A stretch of DNA of 51,367 nucleotides from Candidatus Binatia bacterium (lineage in GTDB: Bacteria; Desulfobacterota; Binatia; UBA1149; CAITLU01), in the NCBI GenBank assembly GCA_046260515.1, contig JBHEPB010000041.1, positions 1 through 51,367 of the forward strand. The letters run 5' to 3'. Positions 29,130 through 36,873 of the stretch are shown in pieces. How positions within the stretch are numbered: the first letter of the stretch is position 1; each line of letters begins with the position of its first letter. Position numbers and translations under genes: made by a program. The notes under the pieces were generated by a model. The model made no database searches and was not told the DNA's origin. It was given only the letters and a program-made list of their open reading frames with translations.

Positions 29130-29219
29130 GGTCGGGGGCTGGGGGTGTGCGTGCGGGCTAGTCCTCGCTCGCTTCGCTCGCTGCGGAGACGCCCGCACGC
29201 ACACCCCCAGCCCCCGACC
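29130..29219 (+). repeat. palindromic intergenic repeat element, copy 1 (29-bp perfect stem, 32-nt loop)
   Basis: GGTCGGGGGCTGGGGGTGTGCGTGCGGGC (29130-29158) pairs perfectly with GCCCGCACGCACACCCCCAGCCCCCGACC (29191-29219). The loop TAGTCCTCGCTCGCTTCGCTCGCTGCGGAGAC is shared with copies 2 and 3. The same flanks recur: ATCGGTC on the left and TCCAAGA on the right. Confidence 0.85.
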
Positions 29220-29322
29220 TCCAAGATACGGCCTACGACCCCTCAGCTTCCGAGATACGGGTGCCAGGTCTTCCGGCCCGCTCTCTCCAAGACACGGGTG
29301 CTGCGTCTTCCGGCCCCGACCG
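29220..29322 (+). repeat. degenerate tandem repeat (about 37-nt unit, roughly 2.8 copies) appended to repeat copy 1
   Basis: Units TCCGAGATACGGGTGCCAGGTCTTCCGGCCCGCTCTC (29249-29285) and TCCAAGACACGGGTGCTGCGTCTTCCGGCCCCGACCG (29286-29322), plus a partial unit at 29220-29248. The tract ends in CCCCGACCGATACC, the inverse of GGTATCGGTCGGGG at 29124-29137. Confidence 0.6.
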
Positions 29323-29335
29323 ATACCAACCCCAG

Positions 29336-31756
29336 CTACGGCGCGAACGTCGTCGTCGTTGTGGAGGCGGTGGGCTCGGGGCACTCGAGCTGGGTCGGGA
29401 GTTTGGCGCAGGTTCTCAGGACCATCAGGGCGTCGGTGGCGGTTACCGTGCCGCTGGAGTCCACGTCGCAGGTACACAGCTCGCACTCGCGCAGGTCGAG
29501 GGCGCCCTGGAGCACGAAGACTGCGTTGACCACGCAGCGCTCGTTGCTGAAGGGTTTGCCGCAGATGCGGCAGGCGTCTTCTTCCTCGTTGCAGGTGTCG
29601 CCGCAGGCTTCCGTCGGTGGGCAGGTGGGGTCGCCCACGCACAGGCCTCCCTCGCAGCGGTCGTTGGTGGTGCAGAAGAGGCCGTCGTCGCAGGGGCCTT
29701 CCACGTTCCCCGAGCCGCAAGTTCCCTGGCCGTCGCAGGTGTCTTCCGTGCAGGGGTTGCCGTCGTCCGTGCAGGCGGTGCCCGAGGCCTCGTTGCAGGT
29801 GTCGGCGCCCTCGTTGCAGGTGTCGGCGCACTCGGCGCCGCCGGCGCAGGGGTCGCCGGTGCCGGTGCAGACTCCGGCCGCGCAGGTGTCGGTGGCGGTG
29901 CAGAAGGCGCCATCGTTGCACGGGGTGTCGTTGGGCTTCGGCGTCGCCACGCACTCGCCGCCCTGGCCGGTGCAGACGCCGGTGTTGCAGTCGTCGGTCA
30001 GGTCGGAGCAGTCCACGGGTGTGCCGCCGCACTGGCCCGTCGTGCACTCGTCGTCGGTGGTGCAGGCGTCGCCGTCGTCGCAGGGCGTTCCCGTCTCCGC
30101 GTCGGCGAGCACGCACTCGCCGCTGCCCGCATCGCAACTGCTCTGCTGGCAAGGGTCGAGAGGAGGCTTGCAGGTGATGGGGTCGCCGACGCAGGTGCCG
30201 CCGCTGCACTCGTCGCTCTGGGTGCAGTTGTCGCCGTCACTGCAAGGGCTGCCGTCCTCCACCGGATCCCCGATGCACTGGCCGGTGTCCGGGTTGCAGG
30301 TGCCGACGATGCAGGAGCCGTTCTCGGCCGAGCAGTCCACCGCGTCGCCGAGGCACAGGCCCCTGGTGCACTGGTCGCCGGTGGTACAGAGGTTGCCGTC
30401 GCTGCAACCAGTGCTGTCCTCGACGGGATCGGCTTCGCACCCGCCGGTATCGCCGTTGCAGACGCCGATGGTGCAGGCGCCGTCCTGGCCGGAGCAGTCC
30501 GTCGGCGTGCCGACGCACGCTCCGTCGTCGCACTGGTCGCCGGTGGTGCAGAGGTTGTCGTCGCTGCAGGTGAGGGCCTGCGGGTTCGGCTGCTTCTCGC
30601 ACTGGCCGGTGTCGCCGTTGCAGATGCCGAAGTTGCAGGCGTCGGCCGAGGCCGAGCAGTCCACGGGGTCGCCGACGCACTCGCCGTCGTCGCACTGCTC
30701 CCCCGTTGTGCAGGGATCGCCGTCATCACAGGGCGTGCCGTTGTCCGCGGCCAGCGTCCCGCACTGGCCGGTCTGCGGGTTGCAGAAGGCGCTGTTGCAG
30801 TCGTCCTCGAAGGCGGAACAGTCCACGGGTGCGCCCGTACACTCCCCCAGGCCGCAGGTGTCGCCCGTGGTGCAGAGGTTGCCGTCGTTGCAGGCGGGAT
30901 TACCCGCCTTCGGAGTGCTGAAGCAGCCTTCCTCGGACTTCTGGTCGCAGCCTGCGTCGTTGCACTGGTCGGCGAAGGAGGAGCAGTCCTTGGGCGAGGT
31001 CTCGCAGGTGCCCGCCTTGCAGTTGCCGGCATCGGTGCAGCCGTTGGTGTCGTCGCAGGGGGTGCCGTCTTCCTTCTGGACGGCGTAGCAGCCGTTGGCC
31101 TCCACGTCGCAGAAGGCGTCGTGGCAGGCGTCGGCGAAATCGGAGCAGTCGGTGGGCGGCTGGATGCACTCGCCGTTCTCGCACTGGCCGGGGTCGGTGC
31201 AGGTGCTGGGATTGTCGCAGACCGTGCCGTCCTCGCGCTGCGTGGTTTCGCAGAGGCCGTTGTCGACGTTGCAGTTGGAGACGTTGCAGGCGCTGTTGAA
31301 GACGGAGCAGTCGGCCGGATCCCCGAGGCACTGTCCGCTGAAGCAGAGGCCCTTGCTGCCGCAAAGGGCGTCGTCACTGCAGGGGGTCTGGTCCTCCTCC
31401 ACAATGTCGAAGCTGCAGATGCCGTCGGAGTTGCAGGTCTCGCCGATGGTGCAGCTGTTGCCGTCGTCGCACTCGGCGCCCTGGAAGATGAAATGGATGC
31501 AGGTCCCTTCCCCGTTGCAGAAGTCGCCGGTGCACTGGTTGCCGTCGTCGTCGCACGCGGACTCGGCGGGATCGAATTGGCAGTCCTTGTCGCAGCAGTC
31601 GCCGTCCAGGTTGTTGCCGTCGTCGCACTCCTCCCCGTCCTCGAAATTGCCGTCGCCGCAGATCGCGTAGGCGTCGGTCGGGGGCAGCACCACCACAGCC
31701 AGGGCCGTCGCAGCAAGGAAGAGGCGGACGAGGGTCGTGGCGATGGTGAGGCTCAA
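29336..31756 (-). CDS. secreted giant Cys-rich repeat protein (Myxococcus-type CGDG..EECDDGN repeat, eight 54-55-aa 8-Cys units, dockerin-like C-terminal module)
   Basis: TTG start at 31756, 4 nt after GGAGGA, gives the signal peptide MSLTIATTLVRLFLAATALAVVVLPPTDAYA followed by ICGDGNFEDGEECDDGNNLDGDCC. Eight consecutive units are marked by P-x-DCS (for example DCSDFADACHDAFCDVEANGCYAVQKEDGTPCDDTNGCTDAGNCKAGTCETSPK). The C-terminus is CDVDSSGTVTATDALMVLRTC...TTTTTFAP. The track ORF to 32191 is an out-of-frame extension through the upstream gene. Confidence 0.85.
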   Translation of the reverse strand: MSLTIATTLVRLFLAATALAVVVLPPTDAYAICGDGNFEDGEECDDGNNLDGDCCDKDCQFDPAESACDDDGNQCTGDFCNGEGTCIHFIFQGAECDDGNSCTIGETCNSDGICSFDIVEEDQTPCSDDALCGSKGLCFSGQCLGDPADCSVFNSACNVSNCNVDNGLCETTQREDGTVCDNPSTCTDPGQCENGECIQPPTDCSDFADACHDAFCDVEANGCYAVQKEDGTPCDDTNGCTDAGNCKAGTCETSPKDCSSFADQCNDAGCDQKSEEGCFSTPKAGNPACNDGNLCTTGDTCGLGECTGAPVDCSAFEDDCNSAFCNPQTGQCGTLAADNGTPCDDGDPCTTGEQCDDGECVGDPVDCSASADACNFGICNGDTGQCEKQPNPQALTCSDDNLCTTGDQCDDGACVGTPTDCSGQDGACTIGVCNGDTGGCEADPVEDSTGCSDGNLCTTGDQCTRGLCLGDAVDCSAENGSCIVGTCNPDTGQCIGDPVEDGSPCSDGDNCTQSDECSGGTCVGDPITCKPPLDPCQQSSCDAGSGECVLADAETGTPCDDGDACTTDDECTTGQCGGTPVDCSDLTDDCNTGVCTGQGGECVATPKPNDTPCNDGAFCTATDTCAAGVCTGTGDPCAGGAECADTCNEGADTCNEASGTACTDDGNPCTEDTCDGQGTCGSGNVEGPCDDGLFCTTNDRCEGGLCVGDPTCPPTEACGDTCNEEEDACRICGKPFSNERCVVNAVFVLQGALDLRECELCTCDVDSSGTVTATDALMVLRTCAKLPTQLECPEPTASTTTTTFAP

Positions 31757-31773
31757 GGCATCCTCCGGGGGCG

Positions 31774-33141
31774 CTAGGGCGCGAACGTGGTGGTGGTGGT
31801 GGATTCGGGAATGGTGCACTGCAGGTCCACGTCCAGCCCGGCGCAACTCCTCAGGATGAGCAGGGCGTCGGTGGCGGTGACGGTGCCGCTCGAGTCCACG
31901 TCGCAGGTGCAAAGCTCGCAAGCGCGAAGGTCGAGGGCCGCCTGCAGCACGAACACGGCGTTGACCACGCAGCGGTTGTTGCTGAAGGGGTGCCCGCAGA
32001 GTCGGCAGGCGGCGGCCTCTTCGTCGCAGGTGTCCGTGCAGCCGGGCCCACTGGCGCAGGCCGGCTCGTAGAGGCAGGCCCCGGTCTCGACATCGCAGGA
32101 GTCGATGGTGCAGGCCGTGCCGTCGTTGCACTGGAAATCGTTGGTGCAGCCACAGGTGCAGTCGTTGACGCAGGTCTGGACGCCGCCGCACTCCTCGTTG
32201 CCGCCGCCGGCCGGGTCACATTCTTCGCCATCGTCGAGCACGCCGTTGCCGCAAGGGGCCGAGCCGGCGCCGAGGTCGAGCATCATCGCCACCAGGCTGT
32301 GGCAGTCGCCGGTCGTGAGCATGCCGGAGAAGGAGATCGTCTGGATGCCTGGAGAGCCGAAGGCCGCGGTGATGTCGAAGGTGTGGATGTCCCAGAGAGA
32401 GTCGTTGCCGGCGCGGCTGAAGCCGGCGTTGGGCACCGACTTGCCGTCCCAAAGCAGCGTCGTGTCGGGGATGTCGACCGTGGAGGCACCGGTGAACGAA
32501 ATCGTTCCGTCATCGAAGAACTGCCCGTCACCAGCGTGGATCTGGGCCAGGACCGTTCCCCCGGTGTAGTTGATGTTGTCCAAGGTGGCGGTCCAGCCGT
32601 TGGCGTCGCCCGCAGGAAACCCGGTCAGGATGAAATCGGAGTCGTTGCCCTCGAAGAAGACGAGGTCGCTGTCGTTGTCCGGGTTGCCGTCGTTGAAGAG
32701 CACGATCAGGGAAGCGCCGTTGCCGTTGTGGCCGACCTGGGCGTTGAGGCCCGAGATCGGGTAGCTGCCGTTGCCGCCAACCAGGCGGGTGACGTCGGCG
32801 AAGAAGGCCCGGCTGCTGCCGTTGCCCCAGCAGTTGGTCTCGGCGTCGCCGAGGCTGACGCCGGTCACGTTCTCGCCGGCGAAGCTGATCGTGGGGTTGT
32901 CGTACACGGCCAGGGAGGAGCCGTTGTCGATACCGTGCCAGTAGAGGAAGGCCTTGCGCACGCTGCCGGCGACGCCGGCAACCGTGAGAGTGCCGGGGCC
33001 GTTGCCGATGCCGCCGATGCCGGCCGAAACGTAGTCCGTGCGGGACTCGGTACGCCCGAGGCGCACCGGCGTTGCCGACGCCGACGACGCAAGGACAACG
33101 ATTCCCGACACCACCAGACTGGCCATGATAGCTCTCGACAT
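31774..33141 (-). CDS. secreted protein: N-terminal domain of unknown function (about 290 aa), Cys-rich region, and the same dockerin-like C-terminal module
   Basis: ATG 33141 (alternative 33126) gives the signal peptide MSRAIMASLVVSGIVVLASSASA. The N-domain contains VRKAFLYWHGIDN, AFFADVTRLVGGNGSY and GASLIVLFNDGNPDNDSD. The protein then continues through CGNGVLDDGEECD and ends CDVDSSGTVTATDALLILRSC...TTTTTFAP. Confidence 0.8.
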   Translation of the reverse strand: MSRAIMASLVVSGIVVLASSASATPVRLGRTESRTDYVSAGIGGIGNGPGTLTVAGVAGSVRKAFLYWHGIDNGSSLAVYDNPTISFAGENVTGVSLGDAETNCWGNGSSRAFFADVTRLVGGNGSYPISGLNAQVGHNGNGASLIVLFNDGNPDNDSDLVFFEGNDSDFILTGFPAGDANGWTATLDNINYTGGTVLAQIHAGDGQFFDDGTISFTGASTVDIPDTTLLWDGKSVPNAGFSRAGNDSLWDIHTFDITAAFGSPGIQTISFSGMLTTGDCHSLVAMMLDLGAGSAPCGNGVLDDGEECDPAGGGNEECGGVQTCVNDCTCGCTNDFQCNDGTACTIDSCDVETGACLYEPACASGPGCTDTCDEEAAACRLCGHPFSNNRCVVNAVFVLQAALDLRACELCTCDVDSSGTVTATDALLILRSCAGLDVDLQCTIPESTTTTTFAP

Positions 33142-33280
33142 TCCCTTCCCCCCTGCGGGCATCCCTCGTGCCCGATCGAAGGGGCCACGATGCCCCGTGC
33201 TCCGCGCCCACGTCAAACCGTCGCTGTCTGCCCCGCGTGCGATGGACGCAGCCTCCGGTGCGCCGCTACACTGCCCCCTC

Positions 33281-35491
33281 ATGCCTGCCGCCCCGTCGAG
33301 ACTCCGGCTGACCCCGATGCGGATCGCTGTCGCCTGCGGCATCGCGCTGGCGGTCATCCGTTTTGTCGGGATCACCCCTCTGGACCTGCTCGACGCCCGG
33401 GCCGTGGACCTTCGCCTGATCGCTCGCGGACCCCAGGCGGCCTCGACCGAAGTGGTGATCGTGGCCGTGGACAACGCCGCCATCGAGCAGGTGGGGCGCT
33501 GGCCGTGGTCGCGCACCATGCTGGCTACCCTCCTCGAGCGTATCGATGCCGCCGAACCCCTCGTCGTCGGCTTCGACATCGTGCAGTCCGAGGCCACGGC
33601 CGTGCCGGACCTCGGCGGCCTGGCCGACCGCGTGGACAAGGGTTCGCTGGAGCAGGTGGCCCGCGTATTGGCCGACGGCAGCCCGGAGGACCGTGCCCTG
33701 GCCGTCGCCGTGAAGAAGTCGGGACGCGCAGTGCTTGGCTATTTCTTCGACTTCTCCGAGGGTGCCCACGCCGGCGACGGCGATGAAGCCATGACGAGCT
33801 ACGGCGCGGTGCAGTCCCAGGCCAGGGCGGCCGGCGAGGGCGGCGAATCCTACCTGCCCCACGCCAAAGCCGTGGTCAGCAACCTGCCCATGCTGACGGA
33901 GGCGGCCCGGGCGACGGGCTACTTCAACACCTTGCCGGATCCCGGCGACGGCCATTTCCGCCGCTTGCCGATGGTGGTGCGTTCCGGCGAACGCATGGCG
34001 ATGCCGCTGGCGCTTTCGATGCTGGCGGCGGCCTGGCCCGATCGCCAGCCGCGGCTGCGCATCGCGGACTACGGGGTGGAAGTCGTGCACCTCGGCAAGC
34101 AGGCGATCCCGGTGGCCGAGGACGGCCAGGCTTTGCTCAACTTCCGCGGACCGGGGCGCACCTTCCGCCACGTGCCCGCCGGCGACGTGCTCACGGGCAA
34201 GTCGGATCCGGAACTGCTGCGGGGCAAGCTGGTGCTGGTGGGAGTAACGGCCACCGCGGTGGGGGACATCCGCGCGACGGCCTTCGACGGCGTTTATCCC
34301 GGCGTCGAGATCCACGCGACTGCTCTCGACAACGTCCTGCGCGACGATTTCCTCGACCAGCCGCGCTGGACGGTGCTGGTGGAGATCGGCGCCATCTTCT
34401 TCGGCGTGCTGGTGCTCGGGTGGGCTCTCAGCCGCTTGCGCGGCGTGGGCGCGGCGGTGGTGGGCGGAGTCCTGGTGGCAGCATACCTGGGGCTCAGCCA
34501 GTGGCTCTTCCTCGCCACCGGGGTGCCGCTCGGCATCGTCTATCCCCTGGTCGCCATCGCGCTGGTCTACATGGCGATCAGCGTCCACCACTTCGTGACC
34601 GTAGACCTCGAGAAGCGCCGCACCCGCGAGGCCTTCAGCCGCTACCTCAATCCGGAGCTGGCCCGCCTGGTGAGCGAGAACCCGGACATGCTCCAACTCG
34701 GCGGCTCGCGGGCCCATCTCACGGTGCTGTTTTCGGACATCCGCGGCTTCACCTCGATCTCCGAAGGGCTGGAGCCGGAAACGCTGGTCGAGGTCCTCAA
34801 CGTCTACCTCGGCGAGATGACCGACATCATCTTCGAGCACGACGGCACCCTCGACAAGTACATCGGCGACGCGATCATGGCGGTGTGGGGCGCGCCGGTG
34901 GCCTCCGAGCACCACGCGGCTTCGGCCTGTTCGGCGGCCCTCGACATGGGCGCGAGGCTGGCGGAGCGCCGCGAGGAGTGGATGGCCCGGGGCTGGCCGA
35001 AGATCGCGGCGGGCATCGGCCTGCACACCGGCGACATGGTGGTGGGCAACATGGGGTCGGCCGCCCACCTCAGCTACACGGTGATGGGCGACAACGTGAA
35101 CCTCGGCTCGCGCCTGGAGGGCCTGACGAAGAACTACGGCGTGAGCCTGCTCATCAGCGAGGCGACGCGCGACGCGGCGGGCGACGCTTTTCTTTCCCGC
35201 GAACTCGACCTGGTGGCGGTGAAGGGCAAGGCGCTGCCGGTCCGGATCTTCGAGTTGCTAGGCCGCGCGAGCGACAAGGAACTCTGGCAGGACCTGATCG
35301 GCTCCTTCGAGGAAGGACTCGCGATGTTCCGGGCGCGGCGCTGGGCGGAAGCCGAAGCGGTCTTCGCTTCCATCCTCGAGCGTCGCCCCGACGACGGCCC
35401 CTCGCGCCTCTACGTCGGCCGCTGCCAGACCTACGCCGCCACTCCCCCACCTCCCGAATGGACCGGCGTCACCGTCATGGAAACCAAGTAG
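33281..35491 (+). CDS. CHASE2 sensor domain-containing class III adenylate/guanylate cyclase
   Basis: The CHASE2 part contains VIVAVDNAAIEQVGRWPWSRTMLATLLERI. TM segments follow. The cyclase core contains LTVLFSDIRGFTSISE and KYIGDAIMAVWGAP. The start is ATG 33281 or 33317. Confidence 0.85.
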   Translation: MPAAPSRLRLTPMRIAVACGIALAVIRFVGITPLDLLDARAVDLRLIARGPQAASTEVVIVAVDNAAIEQVGRWPWSRTMLATLLERIDAAEPLVVGFDIVQSEATAVPDLGGLADRVDKGSLEQVARVLADGSPEDRALAVAVKKSGRAVLGYFFDFSEGAHAGDGDEAMTSYGAVQSQARAAGEGGESYLPHAKAVVSNLPMLTEAARATGYFNTLPDPGDGHFRRLPMVVRSGERMAMPLALSMLAAAWPDRQPRLRIADYGVEVVHLGKQAIPVAEDGQALLNFRGPGRTFRHVPAGDVLTGKSDPELLRGKLVLVGVTATAVGDIRATAFDGVYPGVEIHATALDNVLRDDFLDQPRWTVLVEIGAIFFGVLVLGWALSRLRGVGAAVVGGVLVAAYLGLSQWLFLATGVPLGIVYPLVAIALVYMAISVHHFVTVDLEKRRTREAFSRYLNPELARLVSENPDMLQLGGSRAHLTVLFSDIRGFTSISEGLEPETLVEVLNVYLGEMTDIIFEHDGTLDKYIGDAIMAVWGAPVASEHHAASACSAALDMGARLAERREEWMARGWPKIAAGIGLHTGDMVVGNMGSAAHLSYTVMGDNVNLGSRLEGLTKNYGVSLLISEATRDAAGDAFLSRELDLVAVKGKALPVRIFELLGRASDKELWQDLIGSFEEGLAMFRARRWAEAEAVFASILERRPDDGPSRLYVGRCQTYAATPPPPEWTGVTVMETK

Positions 35492-35531
35492 CGAAACCCG
35501 GGACAGGTACAGGTTTCCGGGCGTGGCGATC

Positions 35532-35620
35532 GGTCGGGGGCCGGGGCATTCGTTCGGCCGCTGTCCTCGCTCGCTGCGCTCGCTGCGGAGGCGACCTCAA
35601 GAACGCCCCGGCCCCCGACC
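35532..35620 (+). repeat. palindromic intergenic repeat element, copy 2 (16-bp perfect stem)
   Basis: GGTCGGGGGCCGGGGC (35532-35547) pairs with GCCCCGGCCCCCGACC (35605-35620). The interior contains TGTCCTCGCTCGCTGCGCTCGCTGCGGAGGC, homologous to the loop of copy 1. It is followed by TCCAAGAC. Confidence 0.8.
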
Positions 35621-35762
35621 TCCAAGACGACGTAGAGCTATGTGAACGGCGGAGTTCGACGCTTGGTGCTAGTCGGATCTACGTTGCGGATGGGACGTGC
35701 CGCCTGTTTACCGACGGCGTATTGGAGGGAGGGCGGTGCGGTGTCCGCGATGACTTCGCTCG

Positions 35763-35842
35763 TGGAGGGAAGGCGCCGGTTTGTGCGCGCGAACCTTGCT
35801 GTTGGAGGGAAGGCGCCGGTTTGTGCGCGCGAACCTTGCTGT
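35763..35842 (+). repeat. 40-nt tandem direct repeat (2 perfect units) related to the outer arm of repeat copy 3
   Basis: TGGAGGGAAGGCGCCGGTTTGTGCGCGCGAACCTTGCTGT occurs twice back to back. A degenerate unit precedes it (35721-35762). The next unit runs into the arm of copy 3 (TGGAGGTCGGGCGCCGGGGGCGTGCGTGCGGG). Confidence 0.85.
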
Positions 35843-35846
35843 TGGA

Positions 35847-35936
35847 GGTCGGGCGCCGGGGGCGTGCGTGCGGGCGTCTCCGCAGCGAGCGCAGCGAGCG
35901 AGGACTAGCCCGCGCGCACGCCCCCGGTGCCCGACC
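35847..35936 (-). repeat. palindromic intergenic repeat element, copy 3 (inverted orientation, 29-bp stem with 2 mismatches)
   Basis: GGTCGGGCGCCGGGGGCGTGCGTGCGGGC (35847-35875) pairs with GCCCGCGCGCACGCCCCCGGTGCCCGACC (35908-35936). The loop is the reverse complement of the copy 1 loop (GTCTCCGCAGCGAGCGCAGCGAGCGAGGACTA). Confidence 0.8.
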
Positions 35937-35981
35937 GATGGATACGCTCGTCTTCGCAGCGAGACGCGCTTGTCGTCGCGA

Positions 35982-36872
35982 CTAGAAACGCACGTCAACG
36001 TCGGTGGGGGCTTCGAGGACCGGCTGCGGTTGGCCGAGGAGGTCGCCGCCGGTGTGGCCGGGGGCGTCGGGGGGAAGGTCGGCCAGGGGCTCGCTGCCGC
36101 TGGTGCCGGTCGTTCCGTTGGTGCCGCCCGTCGGGGTTTCGAAGACGTTGCCGTCGGCCGTGTCGGGCAGGGGAACCTGCTTGCCGCCGAAGGCCGGGTC
36201 TTCGAGGAGAAGCGTCTCCGGCAGTCCGCCGCCGGGCAGGTCGAGGCCGGCCATCAGGCGCTGGTAGCGCTCGTCGTCGGTGGTGATCTGGCGCGGCGTC
36301 GTCGGGTACTTGCCCTTGGCGATCTCGGTGATTTCGTTGGCGTGCACCAGCACGCCGCGGTTCTTGCGGTCGATGGTGCCGTGCACTTCCACCGTGCCGC
36401 CAAGGCCGAGCACTTCGCTGAAGGCCGTCGAGGCGTCGTGGGACATCACGAACTCGGTGCCGCGCACGCCCGAGACCGCCGTCGCGGTCTCGATCCGGTA
36501 GGTGCCCTGGCCGCCCGAGTAGTAGTCGCTGACCAGCGCGCGCACCTTGCCGCCGAGGAGGCGGATCAGGGTACTGGCAGCGCCCTTGCTGGCGTCGAAG
36601 ACGGTTTCGTCGATGACGAGCGTGGTGTCGTCGCCGAGGTTCAGCACCGAGTCGTCGGCGAACAGGATGCGGGCGCGGCCCGGGTTGCCGGTGCGGATGG
36701 TGTCGCCGGACTGCACCGGGCTGCCGACGATCGCCGCCGCGAAGGCGCCGCCGCGGCCGATCTCGACCGTGCCTTCCAGGCTGACGACCGTGCCGGCGTC
36801 GTCGGCGCGGACGGTGGTGGCGGCGAACGTGAGAACCAGGGCTGTCAGTACCGTCAGGGTCGCTCGTAGCAT
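35982..36872 (-). CDS. FecR domain-containing periplasmic protein
   Basis: The signal peptide is MLRATLTVLTALVLTFAATTVRA. The FecR-like region reads GSPVQSGDTIRTGNPGRARILFADDSVLNLGDDTTLVID...VSGVRGTEF. Its ATG lies one base after the stop of the upstream gene. Confidence 0.8.
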   Translation of the reverse strand: MLRATLTVLTALVLTFAATTVRADDAGTVVSLEGTVEIGRGGAFAAAIVGSPVQSGDTIRTGNPGRARILFADDSVLNLGDDTTLVIDETVFDASKGAASTLIRLLGGKVRALVSDYYSGGQGTYRIETATAVSGVRGTEFVMSHDASTAFSEVLGLGGTVEVHGTIDRKNRGVLVHANEITEIAKGKYPTTPRQITTDDERYQRLMAGLDLPGGGLPETLLLEDPAFGGKQVPLPDTADGNVFETPTGGTNGTTGTSGSEPLADLPPDAPGHTGGDLLGQPQPVLEAPTDVDVRF

Positions 36873-36873
36873 C

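Noticed and set aside
29145-31777. Long plus-strand ORFs (29145-31088 and 29261-31777) and several nested ORFs opposite the Cys-rich gene
   Set aside because: They are antisense or out-of-frame readings of a highly repetitive GC-rich gene. Their Ser/Pro/Val/Gln-rich or Ala/Gly/Val-rich translations simply mirror the Cys/Asp/Gly/Thr codon periodicity of the real minus-strand frame, which has a signal peptide and regular Cys spacing.
31757-32191. N-terminal extension of track ORF 29336-32191 (951 aa)
   Set aside because: The extension reads out of frame through the 3' end of the upstream gene and is Arg/His-rich. A TTG start with a GGAGGA RBS at 31756 yields a proper signal peptide.
33142-33639. 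N-terminal extension of track ORF 31774-33639 (621 aa)
   Set aside because: The upstream 165 aa are Arg/Ala/Ser-rich and overlap the divergent cyclase gene start. The internal ATG at 33141 gives a canonical signal peptide.
35721-35842. 40-nt tandem repeats considered as a possible mini-CRISPR array
   Set aside because: The units are directly adjacent with no unique spacers. There are only 2 perfect copies, and they are derived from the arm of the neighbouring palindromic element. No cas genes are present.
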